DNA of 32,000 nucleotides from Clostridia bacterium. GTDB taxonomy: Bacteria; Bacillota; Clostridia; TANB77; RGIG9151. The position numbers and the translations under genes were made by a program. Below the pieces are notes generated by a model. That model was not told the DNA's origin. It did no database searches and saw only the letters and a program-made list of their open reading frames with translations. The stretch covers positions 32,057-64,056 of the forward strand of contig JAGBIO010000035.1 in NCBI GenBank assembly GCA_017934955.1, given 5' to 3'. The number at the start of each line of letters is the position of its first letter. Position 1 is the stretch's first letter. Below, piece after piece: positions 21,745-31,980 of this stretch.

Positions 21745-22056
21745 CTAAAACTTAAAACTGTTCTCTGCTACAATTTTCATCAATAAATCAAAATCATCGT
21801 CATTTGCCATTTTATTTTTTCGAATTGCCCCACATTTTTCGCACTGATAAATAATAGTATAACCCTTTTTTGCGTTATTTTCAAGTCCTATCGGCTTTAG
21901 GGCGCCGTGACACTCCTCTGCCCGATCCCCCGGATCCTTATCAACATGCTTCGAATATAAGCAATACGGACAATGATCCCGACTGGTATACCCTAACGGT
22001 TCTACACTCTTTCCGCACTTTTCACATATAAACGGTTCATCAATTTCAATAAACAT
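21745..22056 (-). CDS. RNHCP-domain zinc-ribbon protein
   Basis: Motifs: FICEKCGKSV...SRDHCPYCLYSKHVD...YQCEKCG. The start is chosen at MFIEIDEP because the longer track ORF runs into the family 1 palindrome. Confidence 0.75.
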   Translation of the reverse strand: MFIEIDEPFICEKCGKSVEPLGYTSRDHCPYCLYSKHVDKDPGDRAEECHGALKPIGLENNAKKGYTIIYQCEKCGAIRKNKMANDDDFDLLMKIVAENSFKF

Positions 22057-22083
22057 AAAAAGTCCTTTCATTTTTTTATGCAA

Positions 22084-22103
22084 GGACAGCATGAATGCTG
22101 TCC
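22084..22103. repeat. Solo family 1 palindrome
   Basis: GGACAGCAT-GA-ATGCTGTCC is followed by CTACAACAAAAGTTGT. Confidence 0.8.
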
Positions 22104-22130
22104 CTACAACAAAAGTTGTCTCAATTCAAA

Positions 22131-23654
22131 TTATTTAATCTCGGTCAAATTCGCATAAGTCGGTTCTATTTCTTTTCGCATCTCATCATAATTTCCCAAC
22201 AACTTTACAAAATTCTTTACCACGGTAGCATCAAACTGCGCTCCACTACCCTTTTCCAACTGTTCAATCGCCTGTGACAACTCCATTTTGCTCCTATATA
22301 CACGATCGGAAGTCATCGCATCAAATGCATCCGCAACCGAAATAATTCTCGCAAGAGGAGGAATTTCGTCTCCCTTTAAGCCATGCGGATAACCTCTTCC
22401 GTCGATTCTCTCATGATGATACTCTACCAACGGCACAATATCCTTAAACATTGACATTGCGGACAAAATGTTGGCACCTTTTAACGGATGTTTCTTAATT
22501 TCGTTATATTCGAAATCATCCAACTTCGCATTTTTTAGTAAAATATCGTCATTCGTTCCAATTTTTCCGATATCATGGAAAATTCCGCCGATTTTCAGTT
22601 TTTCCAAATCCGCCTCGCTCAATCCCATTTCTTCGCCGATTTTTACGGCATAATACGCAACACGATCGGAATGTCCCCTTGTATAATAATCCTTTGCATC
22701 AACCGTTAAGCGCAACGTTTCAATCGCATCCATATAGCGTTTTTTCAGTTCCGCATACGTCTCTACCAACTGTTCATTCTTCACATTTACCAAAGAATGC
22801 AAATGAGCATTATTAATTGCCGCCGCTGCCTGCTTTGCATAAATTTCAAGCAATTTTAACCCATTCATATAATTCGTACTCTCTATGTAGATCACACCGA
22901 TACTCTGTGCATTTCCCACATTTAGCGGAATAATTACGCCGGTGTTGCTTGGAATTGTCATATTGGTATTTCTCGCACAACCCAACTCTGTCAAAAAATC
23001 CGGCGACATAGAAGTCATAAAACTCGTAATATCGCAATCGTATTTCCCGATTCCTCTTAAAATACTCTTCTTCTCCTGCTGAAAATCATTATTAATATCA
23101 TCCGCTAAAATAAACGCATTCGAGCTGTTTACCAACGGCATCAACCGCGATAAAATTTCTTCCAAAATACTATCAATCGGCTGAAGCTGATAAATCTTCG
23201 GAACTGCCTCAATAATGTTATTCAGACCTTCACTGAATTTCGCAATCGTTCTCTTTTGAGCGATAGACTTAATCGCCGACTCAATCAATAAAATCAGCTG
23301 ATCAAACTTATCGCTCTTTTCACAATAACACTGAATATCAAAATTCTCCATCGCCTCAAGCGGTGGCGCTAAATCTTTATGACCGGTCAACAGCAGAATA
23401 TATAAATCGTCATTAAATTCACGGATTCTTTCTACTACTTCATCTCCGTTAATCGGATCCATAATATAATCCAAGATCATCAAATCAAAATGATCTTTTT
23501 TTACCGCTTCAATAGCATCCAACGGATTGGTTACACCCACATACTCATAATTTTTTCTACGCAAAATAATGGATATGGAATCCAAAACTCCAATATCGTC
23601 GTCAACCACAATCACTTTATATGTATCCTCACTGCGATTGCTACCTCTTCTCAT
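22131..23654 (-). CDS. Response regulator with REC, a middle sensory (GAF-like) region and an HD-GYP phosphodiesterase domain
   Basis: REC signature: VIVVDDD...LMILDY. HD-GYP signature: GHSDRV, FHDIGK, HHERIDGRGYP. No cognate kinase is adjacent. Confidence 0.9.
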   Translation of the reverse strand: MRRGSNRSEDTYKVIVVDDDIGVLDSISIILRRKNYEYVGVTNPLDAIEAVKKDHFDLMILDYIMDPINGDEVVERIREFNDDLYILLLTGHKDLAPPLEAMENFDIQCYCEKSDKFDQLILLIESAIKSIAQKRTIAKFSEGLNNIIEAVPKIYQLQPIDSILEEILSRLMPLVNSSNAFILADDINNDFQQEKKSILRGIGKYDCDITSFMTSMSPDFLTELGCARNTNMTIPSNTGVIIPLNVGNAQSIGVIYIESTNYMNGLKLLEIYAKQAAAAINNAHLHSLVNVKNEQLVETYAELKKRYMDAIETLRLTVDAKDYYTRGHSDRVAYYAVKIGEEMGLSEADLEKLKIGGIFHDIGKIGTNDDILLKNAKLDDFEYNEIKKHPLKGANILSAMSMFKDIVPLVEYHHERIDGRGYPHGLKGDEIPPLARIISVADAFDAMTSDRVYRSKMELSQAIEQLEKGSGAQFDATVVKNFVKLLGNYDEMRKEIEPTYANLTEIK

Positions 23655-23707
23655 GAAAGCCTCACCTCAGTTTTTATATCGGCAAATAATGGTAGAAAAT
23701 TAGAAAA

Positions 23708-24085
23708 TTACAAAATTAAATCGCTAATAATTTTGCATAATTCCTGAATATTATTCTTGCCGAAAAATTCAAATTTCACATTCATACCTCCGGCTAAATA
23801 CAATTCAAGCTCCGCGTCTAAATCCAATGTACCGGAAGTTTCTACCGAATAAAATTGTATCTTGTTATAAGGAATCGAAGTAAAGCACTTTTTCGTACCC
23901 GTCAGTCCCTGCACATTCACAGCAATAACTCTTTTATTGGTAAATACAACTCTATCCCGCATCGAAACATAACTGTCGATAACCATCTCGCCTTCCGTCA
24001 GCAATTTCGTCACCACCGGAAGCGCATTTTTCAATTCTTCACGATTCAGCTTAAAAATCTTCTTATTTGTAAAATCAATCCCCAT
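23708..24085 (-). CDS. Bacterial PH-domain (bPH/YokE-like) protein
   Basis: The segment DRVVFTNKRVIAVNVQG....IPYNKIQFYSVET resembles bacterial PH-domain proteins. It overlaps the lspA 3' end by 11 nt. Confidence 0.65.
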   Translation of the reverse strand: MGIDFTNKKIFKLNREELKNALPVVTKLLTEGEMVIDSYVSMRDRVVFTNKRVIAVNVQGLTGTKKCFTSIPYNKIQFYSVETSGTLDLDAELELYLAGGMNVKFEFFGKNNIQELCKIISDLIL

Positions 24086-24515
24086 CTTCTTCCTCCTTTC
24101 TAAATAAACCGATACACATCAAAATGCAACCAATCACAATCATCACATCCGCAAAATTAAATACCGGGCAAACTTTAAAATCCAAGAAATCCACAACATA
24201 CCCTCTTAATATGCGATCCATATAATTTCCAATTGCCCCTCCCAAAATAAAGGTGGAAAAAACAATATCGCTTTTCTTCTTCGACGTATAGGAAAAATAC
24301 ATTAATAACCCAATAATAACAATCGGAAGAATTACCCTAATGACCGCATTAAAACTTGCAAACAGCCCCCACGCCGTACCATAATTCTCTACATAAGTTA
24401 AACTGAAGATATTCGGAATAATATCGATTTGCCCCTGATAAAGATATTTTACCACAAAAAACTTCGAAATCTGATCGATCAAAATGACAGCGATTGTCAA
24501 TAACCATAAACTCAT
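24075..24515 (-). CDS. lspA: Signal peptidase II (lipoprotein signal peptidase)
   Basis: Motifs: DQISKFFV, NYGTAWG, GGAIGNYMDR, VDFLDF..FNFAD. AAGGAGAG lies upstream. Confidence 0.9.
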   Translation of the reverse strand: MSLWLLTIAVILIDQISKFFVVKYLYQGQIDIIPNIFSLTYVENYGTAWGLFASFNAVIRVILPIVIIGLLMYFSYTSKKKSDIVFSTFILGGAIGNYMDRILRGYVVDFLDFKVCPVFNFADVMIVIGCILMCIGLFRKEEEDGD

Positions 24516-24547
24516 ATAAACTCTCCTTAATCCATTGTAGCCATTGT

Positions 24548-24611
24548 GGACAGCATAAATGCTGTCACTACGAGAAAATGTTGATTTGTACGGACAGCAT
24601 TCATGCTGTCC
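24548..24611. repeat. Two family 1 palindromes without the usual element ends
   Basis: GGACAGCAT-AA-ATGCTGTCA (24548-24567) and GGACAGCAT-TC-ATGCTGTCC (24592-24611). Confidence 0.8.
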
Positions 24612-24616
24612 ATTTC

Positions 24617-24643
24617 AAAAAAAAGGGCTCTAATGGCCCTTTT

Positions 24644-24646
<3 letters not shown>
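24617..24646 (-). terminator. Rho-independent terminator of gyrB
   Basis: AAAAAAAAGGGC-tctaatg-GCCCTTTTTT lies immediately after the gyrB stop. Confidence 0.8.
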
Positions 24647-26632
<1,986 letters not shown>

Positions 26633-26680
26633 TCAATACGTTACGATTTTATATCTTTCTAAAAACAAATATACTCTACC

Positions 26681-26705
26681 GTACGGACATAATTTATTGC
26701 GTCAA
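26681..26705. repeat. Possible decayed family 1 palindrome
   Basis: GTACGGACATAATTTATTGCGTC resembles GTACGGACAGCATTTATGCTGTC with several changes that break the pairing. Confidence 0.35.
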
Positions 26706-26706
26706 A

Positions 26707-27030
26707 TCAGCTCAGTTCCAACCCACTTGACGAACGTTTTAAAAGTGTCGCCGACGATATATTGGTAAGATATATCTTGTCCTTATTGTTTTTTGAAGAT
26801 TTCTTTTTTTCCTTCGACTCCCTCAAACTGTTTTTTAACCCTTTTGTCCTCTTAGAAGTAAGCACAAAAGACTTGGGTATATCGGTACAAATCGTTTCAA
26901 TCAAACCTTTTTCCTCACACTTTTTCAGATAAATCTGCGTGTTCTTTGAAACGCTCGCCGTATCTAAATTACACATCATCACGATATCCTTTTGTTTGAC
27001 GTAAACGTCATTTCCCAAATGCAAAAACAT
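26707..27030 (-). CDS. DUF370 / RemB(YaaB)-like protein
   Basis: MFLHLGNDVYVKQKDIVMMCNLD...IYLTNISSATLLKR matches the DUF370 pattern. Its position immediately upstream of gyrB is as in Bacillus. ATG at 27030 sits 5 nt after GGAGGT. The C-terminus has an unusual K/S-rich insertion. Confidence 0.8.
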   Translation of the reverse strand: MFLHLGNDVYVKQKDIVMMCNLDTASVSKNTQIYLKKCEEKGLIETICTDIPKSFVLTSKRTKGLKNSLRESKEKKKSSKNNKDKIYLTNISSATLLKRSSSGLELS

Positions 27031-27095
27031 AGCTACCTCCAACGTCTTAGATAATATCATTTTTCTCACTATTCGTCAATCTTTCAAGCACATTT

Positions 27096-28673
27096 TTACT
27101 GTCGAGAAACCGTTAAATTTTCTAATCCGTAATAAATATTTTTCATATTTGAATCTAACTTTTCCTCAATCTTCTTCGCATAATACACCGTCGATGTTTC
27201 AAAATAAAGACCCATAATCGGGAGTTCCCGATAAAGGATTTCCTGCAATTTATCAAAATACTCCTTACTCTTCCCCTCCAAATACTCTCGCTGTGCAAGA
27301 TACACATAATAGTCATAGTCCTTATCACTAAACCCAAACACATTATTTACCGCATTCGTCTCAAAATGATACAAAAACTCCGGATAATCCGAAATTGACC
27401 AATCCGTTAATGCCAAATCATAGTTTTTCTTCGAAATCGCTTCATTAAAATCAAAAGAAGATTTTGTCTCAATTTGAATCTCGATCCCCAACGATTTTAA
27501 ATTTTCCTTGATAAACTCAGCCTTTTCCTTTGAAAGTTCCGTATCTGCATTAATCAGTAAACGAAATGCTAACTTTGCTTTCTCTTTTTCGCGAATTCCA
27601 TTCTTCATACTCCAATCCGCCGCATCCAACAAATCCTGTGCTCTTTCCGGATTATAAGCATATTTATTGAGATTCCGATTATTCAAATAAGAAGACGGAT
27701 TGATCGGCAAATCGGTAGAAACACCGTAACCATTTAAGTACTTTTCAATCATTTGATCTCGATTGATGCCCAACAAAATCGCCTGTCGAACATTTTCCTC
27801 CGCTAATGCCGTATTCGTTGGAGAAACTATAATTCCCTCAAAAATTCCCGTGGTATATTTGCTGTTATAATAGGCACTTCTTCCGTATGCCCCTACCTCC
27901 GTATTGGTGTCCGCAATATCAATTTCACCAAGTTTTAATAACTCAAATCCCGGTCTTGAAGTCGCCGCAATTTTCACAATAATCTTCGCAATATTTCCTT
28001 CTGTTTTCTGAAAATAACTTTGATTTTTGCCCAAAATCATTTCATTAGTACTCACTTTTGTCTGTTTATACGCGCCGGTCCCAACATATTCCTTCGAAAC
28101 CCGCAAATCCTTATTGCCGTAAAAAGACTTTGAGAGAATCGGGAAATCCAATTTATTCGGCAGGAAATTATCCGATTGTGCCAGCGTAATTTTAATCGTA
28201 TCTTCCGAGATTTTTTCATAAGCCGTAATATTCGCGATATGATAAGAAAAATACGACTCTGCACCTAAGTCTTTGATTTTATCCATCGTAAAAATAACAT
28301 CATCCGCCGTTAATTTCGTTCCGTTATGAAAATAAATCGAATCGTTCAACACAACTTCCCATACCGTCAGCGACGCATCCGGCGTAATTGTCTTCGCCAA
28401 ACAATTCTTCGCCTTTAATTCCGAATCAATCTCTGTAAGACCGTTAAACACCAAATTCGAAATATTTTGAATATATTTGTTCTGTGAAACCAACGGATTA
28501 AAATAATCCGGTGCAATCACCAACAAATTAAGCGTTTCTTCCGTATTATTGACGCCCATATTTTCAGAAATATTTTTCTCTTGTAACTTTTTATATTCCA
28601 AAGAAAAAAAGACTACGTTTATCATCACTGCCAAAAGAATCAGCAATAAAATAACCTTTACCTTTTGTTTCAT
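27096..28673 (-). CDS. Family 5 extracellular solute-binding protein (Opp/Dpp/Nik-like), membrane-anchored
   Basis: ATG at 28673 sits 7 nt after AAAGAGGA. An N-terminal transmembrane anchor is followed by an SBP_bac_5-like sequence. No permease or ATPase genes are adjacent. Confidence 0.8.
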   Translation of the reverse strand: MKQKVKVILLLILLAVMINVVFFSLEYKKLQEKNISENMGVNNTEETLNLLVIAPDYFNPLVSQNKYIQNISNLVFNGLTEIDSELKAKNCLAKTITPDASLTVWEVVLNDSIYFHNGTKLTADDVIFTMDKIKDLGAESYFSYHIANITAYEKISEDTIKITLAQSDNFLPNKLDFPILSKSFYGNKDLRVSKEYVGTGAYKQTKVSTNEMILGKNQSYFQKTEGNIAKIIVKIAATSRPGFELLKLGEIDIADTNTEVGAYGRSAYYNSKYTTGIFEGIIVSPTNTALAEENVRQAILLGINRDQMIEKYLNGYGVSTDLPINPSSYLNNRNLNKYAYNPERAQDLLDAADWSMKNGIREKEKAKLAFRLLINADTELSKEKAEFIKENLKSLGIEIQIETKSSFDFNEAISKKNYDLALTDWSISDYPEFLYHFETNAVNNVFGFSDKDYDYYVYLAQREYLEGKSKEYFDKLQEILYRELPIMGLYFETSTVYYAKKIEEKLDSNMKNIYYGLENLTVSRQ

Positions 28674-28797
28674 TTCGTTATCCTCTTTCAAATCAAATTT
28701 ATTTCTTCCCTATTGTATAAGAAAAAAAAACGAAATACAAGTTTTTTATCACATTTTACAAAATTTAACATTAAGGATCAGACTATAAATTTATAAC

Positions 28798-29155
28798 TTT
28801 CGAAAAATATCGGTAGAATGCGGTTTGTTCTTAAACTCTGTACGGACAGCATTTATGCTGCCCTGCTCTTCTGCCTATTCTGTAGACAGCATTGTGGACG
28901 TAGCACCGTAAGCGTACTTATTACAATTCAGACTATATCTCCTACAATAATGGTACAACTATTGTAGGGACACAATTCGCGGACATAACACCATGAACGA
29001 AGTGAATGGTTTGTATGTCCTGTGCAAAGAAACTACAAGAACGAAGTGCTTGGGAAGTTTCGACTGCTATTGTGTCCGCGAAATAGGCAGACAGTAGAAT
29101 TAGGACACAATGAATTGTGTCCCTACAAACCGCCTTCCGCCGATATTTTTCGAAA
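28798..29155. repeat. Compound repeat region bounded by a roughly 30-bp inverted repeat
   Basis: TTTCGAAAAATATCGGTAGAATGCGGTTTG (28798-28827) pairs with CAAACCGCCTTCCGCCGATATTTTTCGAAA (29126-29155). Inside are a family 1 palindrome (28844-28863), a truncated one, a second family 1 element with variant stems GGACACAAT/ATTGTGTCC, and a nested family 3 module. Confidence 0.8.
28977..29068 (+). repeat. Repeat family 3 module, copy C, nested in the loop of a variant family 1 hairpin
   Basis: GGACACAAT|TCGCGGACATAACACCAT[GAACGAAGTGA]ATGGTTTGTATGTCC...ACAA[GAACGAAGTGC]TTGGGAAGTTTCGACTGCT|ATTGTGTCC. Confidence 0.85.
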
Positions 29156-29237
29156 ATTACAAATCTATACGCTTTTCCTTTCTTTTATCATAAAACAAAA
29201 ACCTTGGAGTAATTATACTGCCAAGGCTTTCGCTATA

Positions 29238-29720
29238 CTACCACTCTTTCTTATAATTTACCAATTCCGAAATATATCCCGTTAAGCAATAAGGTGCCAA
29301 CATAAACGCATACAATAAAACGTAAAAAATAAACGCCAAGAAACTTCTTTTTTCTAATTTACATCCGATTTCTTTTAACATATTTTTTCTTTGGATTTCA
29401 ATAACTAAGCAAAGCAACATTCCAGCAAAAATAACCAGTAGCGACAACCATCCGATCAGTAAGGGATTTCCAAACGCCAATAAGATTAACCCAAGCGGTA
29501 CAAAAATCAGAAGCGCAAGGTCAATAAACGGGAAAAACACATTTAAGCACATTAAGAATTTAGACCTGCCGTTAAGTTTCTCGGAAGTTACGGTTTTTAC
29601 TCTCTTAAAAGCCTCCACCATACCTCTGGCCCATCTTTTTCTTTGACGACCTAAGTTGCCCAACGTCTCAGGAACCTCTGTAAACGCAATAGCATCCGTT
29701 TTTATAGTCACAGATAACAT
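29238..29720 (-). pseudogene. 3' remnant of a processive family-2 glycosyltransferase (PgaC/IcaA-like)
   Basis: Only the C-terminal roughly 155 aa are present. They contain AFTEVPETLGNLGRQRKRWARG (the Q-x-x-RW motif) and C-terminal transmembrane helices. The catalytic N-terminal roughly 250 aa with the D,D,D motifs are absent. Homology ends near 29700. Confidence 0.75.
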
Positions 29721-30114
29721 GGGAAAAGAAACAGATGAAAAAAAATATTTAGACTGGGAGCAATGTATCGAAATGCAAAACAGCGGACTTGTAGAAATTT
29801 TCAGCCACGGTAAACGGCACGTATTTTACGATGAGCTGCCTGCTCAAGCGATTCTTAACGATGTAAAGGAATCTTATGAAATGATAGAAAAAAATTTAGG
29901 AAGTAAAAACTTGAAAGTGTTCGCTTACCCTTACGGGGCATATACAAAAGAAACCGTATGGGTTCTAAAACGAAATGGAATCGATATGCAGGTTTACGAT
30001 ATCGGAATAAATTATTTTAACAGTTTTGACAAAAATTATGTAAAAAGAATCAATATGCCCTGTGAAATGACAGGAAAAGAAATTATAGAAGAAATCAATA
30101 ATCCCCAATTATAA
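29701..30114 (+). pseudogene. 3' remnant of a polysaccharide deacetylase (NodB-homology domain)
   Basis: FIVTDNMGKETDEKKYLDWEQCIEMQNSGLVEIFSHGKRH...FAYPYGAY is present. The N-terminal part, including the TFDDG-type metal motif, is missing. The first ATG is at 29719. Confidence 0.7.
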
Positions 30115-30134
30115 ACAGGGATTATTGATTTCTT

Positions 30135-30440
30135 CTATTCAAACAATATTTTCATATAATCTCTTTTTCCACTTAATACTCTATAAACAAATAAATATTC
30201 CGAATTAAGCTTATAAAATATTATGTATTCATCCACTATTAAATATCTATAATTCGTTTTTAATGCTATCTTTTTAGATAAATCCATACTTAGTTCCGGA
30301 AATTGTGCTAAATTTTCTATTGAGTCTGTGATTCTTTTTATAGAATGAGTAATAGCACTTGTATTTTCTTCTTTTATATATTCTTTAATCTCTTTAATAT
30401 CATTAATTGCAATCGGATTAATTTTTACCTTTCGTTCCAT
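30135..30440 (-). CDS. Type II toxin, ParE/RelE superfamily
   Basis: The gene encodes 101 aa and follows the Phd-like antitoxin after a 4-nt gap. The central and C-terminal segments YRYLIVDEYIIFYKL...YRVLSGKRDY resemble ParE/RelE-type toxins. Confidence 0.8.
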   Translation of the reverse strand: MERKVKINPIAINDIKEIKEYIKEENTSAITHSIKRITDSIENLAQFPELSMDLSKKIALKTNYRYLIVDEYIIFYKLNSEYLFVYRVLSGKRDYMKILFE

Positions 30441-30444
30441 ACTA

Positions 30445-30693
30445 TTAATCCTCCAGCGCCTCTTTTAATTCAGAAAACTCCAACCATTCTGCTTCCGATT
30501 TAACCGCATTTTCAGCCTCAGCAAGTTTTGATATAAGTTTTAAAGTTGCCTGTTGTTTTTCATATTCTTTTATATCTATAATTACATACTTTCCTCTACC
30601 ATTTTTTGTTAAAAATACAGGATTTCCATTCTCACATTCTACTAATACTTCATTATAATTTCTTAAATCCGATACCGGCTTTATATTTGGCAT
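30445..30693 (-). CDS. Type II antitoxin, Phd/YefM family
   Basis: MPNIKPVSDLRNYNEVLVECENGNPVFLTKNGRGKYVIIDIKEYE is a Phd/YefM N-terminal fold signature. ATG at 30693 follows GAGGTG. Confidence 0.85.
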   Translation of the reverse strand: MPNIKPVSDLRNYNEVLVECENGNPVFLTKNGRGKYVIIDIKEYEKQQATLKLISKLAEAENAVKSEAEWLEFSELKEALED

Positions 30694-30771
30694 ATTCACC
30701 ACCTCTACTAATAGTATACACAAATCAATCGTAAAATACAACTTAAAATATTAAGATTTTTTTATCAATAA

Positions 30772-30924
30772 GTTACAAGTCAGACTATATCGTCCTACAA
30801 TGATGCGCAGCCATTGTGCGGACAGCATTTATGCTGTCCTGCTTTCTGCCTTTTCTGTGGACAGCATAAATGCTGTCCCTACAGTGTTTGTGTCTTTTCT
30901 ATAAATTTGATTCTGAACTGTAAC
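30772..30924. repeat. Repeat family 1, best-preserved full-length copy (opposite orientation to 3635-3787)
   Basis: GTTACAAGTCAGACTATAT...GGACAGCAT-TT-ATGCTGTCC (30820-30839) TGCTTTCTGCCTTTTCTGT GGACAGCAT-AA-ATGCTGTCC (30859-30878)...TCTATAAATTTGATTCTGAACTGTAAC. Confidence 0.9.
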
Positions 30925-31006
30925 ATAAATAAAAAATTTTTGTACAATCTAAAATGATATTTCCTATTAAGAAAAACACTCACTTGAACTTAATCAAATG
31001 AGTGTT

Positions 31007-31082
<76 letters not shown>

Positions 31083-31162
31083 ATTACTTTAATAAGTTTA
31101 ACATTATGAAGAAAAAAAATCAATATCTTTTTTCAATTCTCTATAACTTTCTCTATAACTTT

Positions 31163-31204
31163 AAATAAAAATGCAGCCTTTGTTCCATACAAAACAAAGA
31201 CTGC
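31163..31204 (-). terminator. Rho-independent terminator of the sigma factor gene
   Basis: On the minus strand: GCAGTCTTTGTT-loop-AACAAAGGCTGC followed by ATTTTTATTT. Confidence 0.7.
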
Positions 31205-31209
31205 ATCTT

Positions 31210-31980
31210 TTAAATCACATACATTTTCAACTTCCGCAAAGCATTCCTCTCGTCCCGGCATACCTGAGGTTGAGACATCTCAAGTTCCTTCGCCGTTTCC
31301 TTTTGTGTTTTATCTCCCCAAAATCGTTTTTGTATCACATTTTTCTCTCTTTCGGTCAAATGCGCCATTCCATCCTTTAAAGCAATGCAAAAAATCCATT
31401 CATCTCCATTGCTTTTCGGATTTTCAATCAAATCCATAAGTTGTGCCTTGTCATCACATACATAAGCAGATTGATACAGTGACATCGGCTTCTTAAAGAT
31501 TCCCAACGCCAATCTCACTTCTCCTTCCGCTTCCTTGATCTCCACTGCAATCTCAGCAATCGTCGGCGTTCTCTGATAAAAATTTGTCAATCTGTCGGTC
31601 GCTTTTATCGCCTTATAAGCGATCACCCATAATAAACGGCTGACTCTCACATAGCTGTCCGACCGAAGATAGTTTTGAATTTCACCAAAAATCATCCTTG
31701 TCGCATAAGTAGAAAACACAACATTTTGCCTAAAATCATACCGATCTACTGCCTTTATCAAGCCAATACAACCGGTTTGAAACAAATCATCCGCGTTTTC
31801 CCTTCCGCGAAAATAGCGAGAAACAACACTCACTACCAACCTCAGACTTCCGGTTATAAGCTCCTCCCTTGCCTCCTTGTCGCCTTGGTGCACTCTCTTT
31901 AGCAGTTCTCTTTGCCTATCATTCCTTACCACAGGAAGAAAAGCAAAACTCTTCACGCCGCTAATTTTCATCTTGCTCAT
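31210..31980 (-). CDS. Sporulation-type group 3 sigma factor (SigF/SigG-like)
   Basis: The N-terminus KISGVKSFAFLPV resembles SigG (KVEICGV..LPVL). Other matches: DLFQTGCIGLIKAVDRYD, FSTYATRMIFGEIQNYLR, RVSR, LTEREKNVIQKRF and the region 4.2 helix-turn-helix TQKETAKELEMSQPQV. Confidence 0.8.
   Translation of the reverse strand: MSKMKISGVKSFAFLPVVRNDRQRELLKRVHQGDKEAREELITGSLRLVVSVVSRYFRGRENADDLFQTGCIGLIKAVDRYDFRQNVVFSTYATRMIFGEIQNYLRSDSYVRVSRLLWVIAYKAIKATDRLTNFYQRTPTIAEIAVEIKEAEGEVRLALGIFKKPMSLYQSAYVCDDKAQLMDLIENPKSNGDEWIFCIALKDGMAHLTEREKNVIQKRFWGDKTQKETAKELEMSQPQVCRDERNALRKLKMYVI

Noticed and set aside
22057-22092. N-terminal extensions proposed by the ORF track: the RNHCP gene to 22092, hpf to 20043, the SDR to 4552, the SBP to 28691, the antitoxin to 30741, and alr from 98.
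   Set aside because: The extensions begin at non-ATG codons or lack Shine-Dalgarno sequences. Some run into repeat hairpins, and they add residues not seen at the N-termini of these families. Internal ATGs with well-spaced GGAGG-like sites fit better.
24548-24611. I considered whether the recurring 20-bp palindromes with short spacers form a CRISPR array, here and at 3681-3739, 20108-20166 and 30820-30878.
   Set aside because: There are only two repeats per locus, and the spacer between them is itself conserved between loci. The repeats are perfect palindromes within larger conserved elements that have terminal inverted repeats, and no cas genes are present. This is a REP/MITE-like architecture, not CRISPR.
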